This document shows, in pieces, positions 58,328 through 64,000 of a stretch of 64,000 bases of DNA. The notes under the pieces are model-generated. The model did not search any database. It was given only the letters and a program-made list of their open reading frames with translations, and had not been told where the DNA came from. Position numbers and translations under genes: made by a program. The first letter of the stretch is position 1. Every line of letters starts with the position of its first letter. Location: the IMG/VR virus record IMGVR_UViG_3300025087_000054, positions 1-64,000 of that record; one strand, written 5' to 3'. The stretch comes from a virus.

Positions 58328-58447
58328 ATGTATATGAATGTGGTAGTGGGTATAGTTTTGTTATTATTAGTATTATTGATTATAATAGGTAATAGTATTT
58401 ATATGTATATTGCATTAAGGGCATTAATTAAATATTTAAAATCATGA
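58328..58447 (+). CDS. 39-aa single-TM peptide (not in ORF track)
   Basis: MYMNVVVGIVLLLLVLLIIIG...; ATGA overlap with next gene. Confidence 0.5.
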   Translation: MYMNVVVGIVLLLLVLLIIIGNSIYMYIALRALIKYLKS

Positions 58448-58650
58448 CTAAGTTTTATGTTACATTTGGACAGGTTCACCGTCATATAATAAATGATAAA
58501 ATTTTTGATAAAGATTGTGTATGTGAGTTGGAAGCAATAGATAGTAAGGATGCCCATAATAAAGCAATGATGCTATTTTCAGCACGTTTTTGTACTATTA
58601 ATATAGAACCCAGTTTGAAATTTTATCCAAGGGGAATAATTAAATTTTAA
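58444..58650 (+). CDS. small phage protein
   Basis: FYVTFGQ.H.H N-terminus. Confidence 0.6.
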   Translation: MTKFYVTFGQVHRHIINDKIFDKDCVCELEAIDSKDAHNKAMMLFSARFCTINIEPSLKFYPRGIIKF

Positions 58651-58653
58651 AAT

Positions 58654-58986
58654 ATGCAAATAAAAAATAACTATTTAGAATCTTTTAAGGGGTATATGAG
58701 TTTATTTATGGGCTGGGTGCAGGTCAGTGATAGTGCTACTTTGGTTGTTTACCAGAAACAAGAGCCTGCTAAGATGGCGAGTATAATAATAACTATTTTA
58801 TTGTTATTGGTGGGTATTTTCCCAGGTATTGTATATTTTATTATATTTAGTCGTCCAGCACGGGTGCATAGCATATCAGTATCGTTGGATAGTGAGGGTA
58901 AATTAATGCCAAGCGGTACTTTTTGGGGTATGTGGCATTTTACAATTTGGATAAAGACGTATTATAAAGCACCTAGTAAGATTTAA
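58654..58986 (+). CDS. membrane protein
   Basis: LLLLVGIFPGIVYFI hairpin. Confidence 0.6.
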   Translation: MQIKNNYLESFKGYMSLFMGWVQVSDSATLVVYQKQEPAKMASIIITILLLLVGIFPGIVYFIIFSRPARVHSISVSLDSEGKLMPSGTFWGMWHFTIWIKTYYKAPSKI

Positions 58987-59028
58987 AATGCATTTTACGA
59001 TTTATATATAAAATACTTTAGCAAAAGG

Positions 59029-59071
59029 ACAAGCTAAAAAACTTTACAAATCTAAATCCTTTATATATAAT
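59029..59071 (+). promoter_or_regulatory. conserved promoter motif copy 8
   Basis: ACAAGCTAAAAAACTTTACAAAT; TTTACA-17-TATAAT. Confidence 0.85.
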
Positions 59072-59100
59072 AAAAATGTAATATTAATTAATTATATTTT

Positions 59101-59742
59101 ATGAACTTAATGAGTAAACATAAGATTACTTTAGTCTTATTTAAGAAGAAATTTGATTATAATGATTATGAATTATGTGCATTAATGAAGCACAGGTCAG
59201 AATTATCTGAGGACGAATTTAGTCAAGGGGTATTAGGATTGGTAAAAAGAGCGTGTGAGTTTTATGAGGGGAGCGACTCATTTTATGATAATGTAGAAGA
59301 AGGGGCGTTGGATGATTTATGTATTGAAATTTATGATATACAAGGTAAGGATACCCACTCAAAAGGTAATTATTCGCCAGAGGTGTTTTTAGAAGATGTA
59401 GGGTTAGATGAAGAGTCGTATTCGTTTTTCGGTGATGGCATACCAGCGGAAATTTTATATGATAGTATTAGTGTATATAGGGGGAAAAATTTACCGAAAA
59501 TAGAAGATGGAGGTGTTATGGTAGATTCAGTAGTTCATTATAAAATTTTGGATATGCAGTTAGTTCAGACATTTGATTTAGACGAGATTTTTAGTGTAAA
59601 TAATATAATGGAACGTATAGAAAAGAAGGTAGCTAAGGTTCAGGGTAGTCTATTGGAAAAGCATTTAGTAGGTGTAGTTAAAAGGAGTTATAAGGTAAAA
59701 CATAAAATTGTTAAGAATCAAGTCAAAAAACTTTACAAATAG
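59101..59742 (+). CDS. acidic hypothetical protein
   Basis: ORF after promoter. Confidence 0.6.
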   Translation: MNLMSKHKITLVLFKKKFDYNDYELCALMKHRSELSEDEFSQGVLGLVKRACEFYEGSDSFYDNVEEGALDDLCIEIYDIQGKDTHSKGNYSPEVFLEDVGLDEESYSFFGDGIPAEILYDSISVYRGKNLPKIEDGGVMVDSVVHYKILDMQLVQTFDLDEIFSVNNIMERIEKKVAKVQGSLLEKHLVGVVKRSYKVKHKIVKNQVKKLYK

Positions 59743-59759
59743 CAAAAAGGTTATAGTAT
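59718..59759 (+). promoter_or_regulatory. conserved promoter motif copy 9
   Basis: TCAAGTCAAAAAACTTTACAAAT; TTTACA-16-TAGTAT. Confidence 0.75.
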
Positions 59760-59783
59760 AAAAGTACAAATTAAAAATAGTAT

Positions 59784-60062
59784 ATGTTTTTGTTATCCAA
59801 ATTATTAGGTAGTTTAGATAAGATAGGGTACGAATTACAAGATGTTATATATGAAAAGGATAGGGGGATGACAGTTCAGTTATGTACAAAGGGGAGTATA
59901 GCAAAGAATAAATTAGTTTTTTCAGTTAGGATGTTAAAAGCGGAAAGATTAACGATTGCATTAGAGACGTTTTTAAATACTTGTGCGAGTGAGCGTAACC
60001 AATCAATACATGATAAGTTAAAAACCTGTATGAAACAGAAGGAAACGGTTACTACTAACTAA
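59784..60062 (+). CDS. hypothetical protein
   Basis: ORF after promoter. Confidence 0.55.
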   Translation: MFLLSKLLGSLDKIGYELQDVIYEKDRGMTVQLCTKGSIAKNKLVFSVRMLKAERLTIALETFLNTCASERNQSIHDKLKTCMKQKETVTTN

Positions 60063-60071
60063 TTGTACTAT

Positions 60072-60287
60072 ATGTTTGGTTTATTTAGTAAAAAAGCATC
60101 AAAAAAGCAAGTGTTAGGTGATAAATTATGTGCTTTAAATAAAAAAGGGTTATATTGTGAATTTGAGCATATTGGTAAAGGCGGTGCAAAGGCTATTATA
60201 ATTGACAAAGACAATAAAGTAGTAGGTGAAATAGTTGGAAAAAATTTTGAGGATACTGCGGTAAAAGTAATTAGTAAATATACATAA
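60072..60287 (+). CDS. hypothetical protein
   Basis: ORF packing; start refined. Confidence 0.55.
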   Translation: MFGLFSKKASKKQVLGDKLCALNKKGLYCEFEHIGKGGAKAIIIDKDNKVVGEIVGKNFEDTAVKVISKYT

Positions 60288-60298
60288 TTTTCAAATAT

Positions 60299-60925
60299 AT
60301 GAGTCATTTTGCAGTTTTAGTTATAGGTAATAATCCAGACGAGTTGTTAGCTCCGTATGATGAAAATATTGAGGAGGAGTTATATGTACGGGGATTCGTT
60401 ACAGAAAAAGAGAAACAAGATTTTATAGAGTATTATACAGAAAAAAATGCTAGTGGTGATATAGTAGAACGGACAGAAAATACCCTATTAACTTTTGAGG
60501 ATTTGTATGAAAAATACAAAGAGGCGTGGAATGAAGGTAGGTGGAAAAAGAATGATGAAGATATGTGGGTGGAGTATAGTACATATAATCCATTGTCAAA
60601 GTGGGATTGTTATATATTAGGTGGTAGATGGCCAAATTTATTAAAATTAAAGAATCAGTCGGGATCGTGCGTTATAGGAGAGGATACCAAGTTTATTGAA
60701 GGATACACAGATAGTGCATTGGCTGAATATGTTGATCTACAGGGAATAGGGGAAAAGGTTCACGCTGTGTTGTATAATGGGGAATGGTTTGAGCGAGGTG
60801 AGATGGGATGGTGGGGGAGTGTTCATGATGAAAAAGATAGTAAAGAATGGATAAAAGAGGTAGATAATGTAATTGCAAAGATACCAAAAGATGTATTAGT
60901 GTCTGTATATGATTGTCATATTTAA
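60299..60925 (+). CDS. conserved Trp-rich phage protein
   Basis: MSHF.VLVI...LAPYDE, YNP..KWD.Y..GGRW, GEMGWWG, VYDCHI. Confidence 0.7.
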   Translation: MSHFAVLVIGNNPDELLAPYDENIEEELYVRGFVTEKEKQDFIEYYTEKNASGDIVERTENTLLTFEDLYEKYKEAWNEGRWKKNDEDMWVEYSTYNPLSKWDCYILGGRWPNLLKLKNQSGSCVIGEDTKFIEGYTDSALAEYVDLQGIGEKVHAVLYNGEWFERGEMGWWGSVHDEKDSKEWIKEVDNVIAKIPKDVLVSVYDCHI

Positions 60926-60943
60926 AATTTTAAATTAATATAA

Positions 60944-61174
60944 ATGATTCCAATTCAGTCAGGCAATATTGACGAAGCGGCTCAAAAATTTAGACAAGTA
61001 GTTGAAAAGATGACGGGTAAATCAGTTGTTGTAGGATGGGCAGTAGTAGACGAAAATGATGAGGAAGGGGATGGTAATTTATTATTACCAGATGAGATTG
61101 ATTTGGACGTAATATTGCAGATATTATTTAGTTGGACATGTGTGGTAAAAGAGTCAATGGATGATGGTTATTAG
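60944..61174 (+). CDS. small acidic protein
   Basis: ORF packing. Confidence 0.55.
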   Translation: MIPIQSGNIDEAAQKFRQVVEKMTGKSVVVGWAVVDENDEEGDGNLLLPDEIDLDVILQILFSWTCVVKESMDDGY

Positions 61175-61191
61175 TTATTAAACTTTACAGT

Positions 61192-61467
61192 ATGGATGAA
61201 TTAATTTTAAGTATAATGGAGTCGGCAAAAAAGTGGGATGCAGTAGTTCAGATACATGCAGACGGTTCAAAGACAGTTAAGCCTAATCCGCAAAAGAATT
61301 TTTGGTTAGATAGTATGATAACTATTTTAAGTAATTTAAAGAAAACGTTACCGCCAATTTGTATTGATAATTGTAATGGGGAGTTGGCAGGGAGTTTTCG
61401 GGAATGGCAAAAGCAGAATAGGGAGATAGATTCAGTAATTAGTATGCTACGAGGGCATAATAATTAG
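61192..61467 (+). CDS. hypothetical protein
   Basis: ORF packing. Confidence 0.55.
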   Translation: MDELILSIMESAKKWDAVVQIHADGSKTVKPNPQKNFWLDSMITILSNLKKTLPPICIDNCNGELAGSFREWQKQNREIDSVISMLRGHNN

Positions 61468-61493
61468 TTTTTATAATATAATAAAAATCCAGT

Positions 61494-61793
61494 ATGCAAG
61501 AATTATGTGGTAAACCATTAACATTTGGAAATGAGGATCAGATTAAGCACTTACGTAAAGAGGCTGAAAAACAAGAGCAGTATAATGATGCTAAGAATCA
61601 AGAGCCAAAGAATGTTACGTATATAGATACGGTTATTGCTCAATGCCCAGATTGTCGTAATGAGAGTGATGAGCCAACACATAACCAAAGGTATGCGTTT
61701 GAGTGTATTGCAGAAAAGTTAAGCTCGCCAGGACAGGAAGATATTTGGGTATGTCGTGGGTGTGGTACGCATTTATTACAAGCTAAATTTTAA
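61494..61793 (+). CDS. zinc-ribbon protein
   Basis: CPDC ... CRGC. Confidence 0.55.
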   Translation: MQELCGKPLTFGNEDQIKHLRKEAEKQEQYNDAKNQEPKNVTYIDTVIAQCPDCRNESDEPTHNQRYAFECIAEKLSSPGQEDIWVCRGCGTHLLQAKF

Positions 61794-61798
61794 AATTT

Positions 61799-62143
61799 AT
61801 GTTATCCAAAGATAAAATCAGGGAGTTGATAGGTAAGGGGTTTAAGGATTTATACCAGAATCTGTATACGAGTAGTTTTACTATAACTCATGTACAAGAT
61901 TGGGCGATTTATACTTTAAAATTGCCTTACGATATAGTGTCAATTGATAGGTTATGTAAAGAAAAAGGATACACTAATTGGGTACGAATAGTGTCGAGAC
62001 TATATTGGGAAATTACATCATCAATAGATACAGGATTAATAGATACTGGTAATGAGAATATAGATAGTGATAATAGTGTTTTATTTTATAACCACGGTGA
62101 GATTAATTTATTGGAACAGGATTTAGTAGGTAAACAAGTTTAA
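61799..62143 (+). CDS. hypothetical protein
   Basis: ORF packing. Confidence 0.55.
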   Translation: MLSKDKIRELIGKGFKDLYQNLYTSSFTITHVQDWAIYTLKLPYDIVSIDRLCKEKGYTNWVRIVSRLYWEITSSIDTGLIDTGNENIDSDNSVLFYNHGEINLLEQDLVGKQV

Positions 62144-62175
62144 AAACTTTACAAATAGTATAAAGATACTATACT
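62134..62175 (+). promoter_or_regulatory. conserved promoter motif copy 10
   Basis: ACAAGTTTAAAAACTTTACAAAT; TTTACA-16-TATACT. Confidence 0.8.
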
Positions 62176-62198
62176 AATTTTGTATTTAAGATAAATTT

Positions 62199-62366
62199 AT
62201 GGAAACTTTAGTACTAAAAAACGGTAAAAAAGTAGTGTATGAGGCTGAGATAGTTAGTGTGGATGGTTGTGAGATATATGTGCATACAAAATTGACTGCG
62301 GAAGAGAAAAAGGAGGTTAGATATGAGTTACAGAGTGAAGGGGACGTGCTTTATATACATTTTTAA
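62199..62366 (+). CDS. 55-aa protein (not in ORF track)
   Basis: METLVLKNGKKVVYEAEIVSVDG...; fills gap after promoter. Confidence 0.6.
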   Translation: METLVLKNGKKVVYEAEIVSVDGCEIYVHTKLTAEEKKEVRYELQSEGDVLYIHF

Positions 62367-62377
62367 AAATAATTATT

Positions 62378-62560
62378 ATGAAATTTTACAATATTTACCC
62401 AAATTTTCAGTTCAGAGTAGAGGCGGAGTCGCTATCGGTAGCCGAAGATATTGCACACGATTTATTAAAGCGAGGTGCGGGTACTATTTGTGGAGCGTTA
62501 AGTTTTGATTTTGATATAGAGGAGGATATAACCGAGGAGAGCTGTGAGCAAATTAATTAA
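62378..62560 (+). CDS. small acidic protein
   Basis: VEAES...AE..A pattern. Confidence 0.55.
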   Translation: MKFYNIYPNFQFRVEAESLSVAEDIAHDLLKRGAGTICGALSFDFDIEEDITEESCEQIN

Positions 62561-62572
62561 TAATATTATTAT

Positions 62573-62863
62573 ATGGCAAAATGTATAGACTGTGGATGTG
62601 GTTTAAATCAAGGTATTTGTTCTAATTGTCATGAGGAACTGCATATAGATGTTTTTCAGAAAGACGGTAGTGAAGAGCCTAGTTCACCAGAATGGCAAGA
62701 TAAGGTAATTGAGCAAGTAAGTGCCGTACAAAAACAACGATTAGAACGAAAGGCGGGTATACAAAATGAAATTGATACTTGTACATGTAGATTAAAAAAT
62801 ATGTCGGTAGAGGATAGGGATTATGCAGAGCTATGGGATAAACGGGTCGATTTAAAACATTAA
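62573..62863 (+). CDS. zinc-finger protein
   Basis: CIDC...CSNC. Confidence 0.55.
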   Translation: MAKCIDCGCGLNQGICSNCHEELHIDVFQKDGSEEPSSPEWQDKVIEQVSAVQKQRLERKAGIQNEIDTCTCRLKNMSVEDRDYAELWDKRVDLKH

Positions 62864-62887
62864 TTAAATAGTATATAATTTTAAAAT

Positions 62888-63226
62888 ATGAGTATAGATA
62901 CAAGTTTAGTGGTATTTGTAGGTATAAGGGCTAGTCAGCTATCTGATAAACAGAGAGAAAAAATTGAGACTAAGTATGAAGGGGTAATAGGTGATTTTAT
63001 TGAGTCAGGCGAATTAGGAGTAGAGATGGATTATATGGAAATGTCCCATGATATTGAAGATATTTATGAGGAAACACTAATCGGGCGAATTGTAGTAGAT
63101 ATATATGAGGGGACTGTTGAGGAATTTGGTAGCACTGAGTATATGAGCAATATGAAAAGTACTATAGAAGATGTTGAAAATGGAATAAAACTAACTCCTA
63201 GTATCTATACTTTTATAAGAAAATAA
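62888..63226 (+). CDS. acidic hypothetical protein
   Basis: ORF packing; E/D rich. Confidence 0.55.
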   Translation: MSIDTSLVVFVGIRASQLSDKQREKIETKYEGVIGDFIESGELGVEMDYMEMSHDIEDIYEETLIGRIVVDIYEGTVEEFGSTEYMSNMKSTIEDVENGIKLTPSIYTFIRK

Positions 63227-63236
63227 TTATATTAAT

Positions 63237-63551
63237 ATGGTTAAAATAAAAAATATATCAGAATCAGCACGAAGTAGTAGCTTATTAGGTGATTATGGAA
63301 GGATGTTTAAAACACCTATGGTGTGTAGCAATAATTTAAGTATTTTTACATTAGGGTATAATAATAAAGGTGCTTTATTTATTTTTATTGTTGAGGATGA
63401 TGGGCTATTAAGTAGGATTATCGTAAAAAGGGTTTTTAAGTGTGGTGATACTATGTGGGCAGTTCAATACGGTATACACACAATAGATTTTAAGGACTAT
63501 GGAGATGATACACTACCAAGAATATTTACGCAGTATGGGTATATTATATAA
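63237..63551 (+). CDS. hypothetical protein
   Basis: ORF packing. Confidence 0.5.
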   Translation: MVKIKNISESARSSSLLGDYGRMFKTPMVCSNNLSIFTLGYNNKGALFIFIVEDDGLLSRIIVKRVFKCGDTMWAVQYGIHTIDFKDYGDDTLPRIFTQYGYII

Positions 63552-63562
63552 TAAATTAATTT

Positions 63563-63778
63563 ATGTATAAGTTTTACGTATTAATAGTGGTATTAAGTTT
63601 ATTAGCCAGTTGGATGTATACTAATCAAAAGATACAATTAATTACTCAGCAAAAGCGGGCTTTGTTTATGGAATGTGTGCAACTTAAAATAAAATTAGAT
63701 GGGTTGGAGCGAGATGGCTATGGTGTTACTTTACCGTATGCGGAATTAAACGAGGTATGCGATCCTATAACGTTTTAA
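63563..63778 (+). CDS. small protein with N-terminal TM/signal
   Basis: Hydrophobic N-terminus. Confidence 0.5.
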   Translation: MYKFYVLIVVLSLLASWMYTNQKIQLITQQKRALFMECVQLKIKLDGLERDGYGVTLPYAELNEVCDPITF

Positions 63779-63795
63779 TTATTAATTTATAAATA

Positions 63796-64000
63796 ATGGA
63801 TAATGTTTTTCAGTCAGTATTTTTGCCTATTTATTTTGAGAACTTAAAAACTAAGTTCCCAGAGAGTACTAGGGCAAAACAGTTGGCTATGGGCGGTCTA
63901 GATGCAAAGGCTGTTATTGAGGTAGAGACATTATTATTAGAGTCCGCTTTTGAATCTGCATTGAAAGCTTGGCAAGATAAAGCATTAGCTTGTGTAGCAG
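63796..64000 (+). CDS. hypothetical protein, runs off window
   Basis: ATG at 63796, open to end. Confidence 0.5.
   Translation, partial: MDNVFQSVFLPIYFENLKTKFPESTRAKQLAMGGLDAKAVIEVETLLLESAFESALKAWQDKALACVA

Noticed and set aside
62323-62508. 61-aa + strand ORF in track (likewise 12553 and 13426)
   Set aside because: Out-of-frame overlaps with better-supported genes
3233-62903. All minus-strand ORFs in the track
   Set aside because: They shadow longer + strand genes, have implausible composition and no motifs
1-64000. Stop-codon reassignment (TGA or TAG)
   Set aside because: Conserved genes are full length in code 11; the few TGA stops noticed coincide with ATGA overlaps or a TTGACA box

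Overview
64 kb of an AT-rich tailed dsDNA phage genome (contractile tail, Mu/P2-like baseplate). Every credible gene is on the + strand. Order: small accessory genes incl. a Fic enzyme (1-2.2 kb); virion appendage/decoration genes (2.3-5.8 kb); portal, intein-split gpF/gp7-like head protein, Com-like zinc-ribbon protein, prohead protease-scaffold, major capsid, neck, sheath, tube, an interposed QueD, frameshifting tail chaperone, tape measure, baseplate, tail fibre, M23 endolysin and holin (6.6-34.5 kb); recombination/replication genes (intein-split RecA, MoxR AAA+/vWA pair, Cas4-like nuclease, initiator with iterons, DnaC-like loader, primase-helicase, HNH, RuvC, intein-split SF2 helicase; 34.7-55.8 kb); then many small early genes incl. 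an Acb2-like anti-CBASS candidate. No terminase, DNA polymerase, integrase, tRNA or CRISPR array was recognised. Most notable is a non-coding regulatory layer: a promoter-terminator-bounded ~63-nt RNA complementary to the recA start region, a Com-like gene followed by an overlapping hairpin/terminator leader before the head genes, a two-domain structured RNA after the capsid gene, a 10-copy extended promoter motif and a recurrent 18-bp palindrome. Genes lack Shine-Dalgarno motifs but have sigma70-type promoters, hinting at a Patescibacteria/CPR-like host (inference). All calls are by eye from motifs and synteny; no searches were run.
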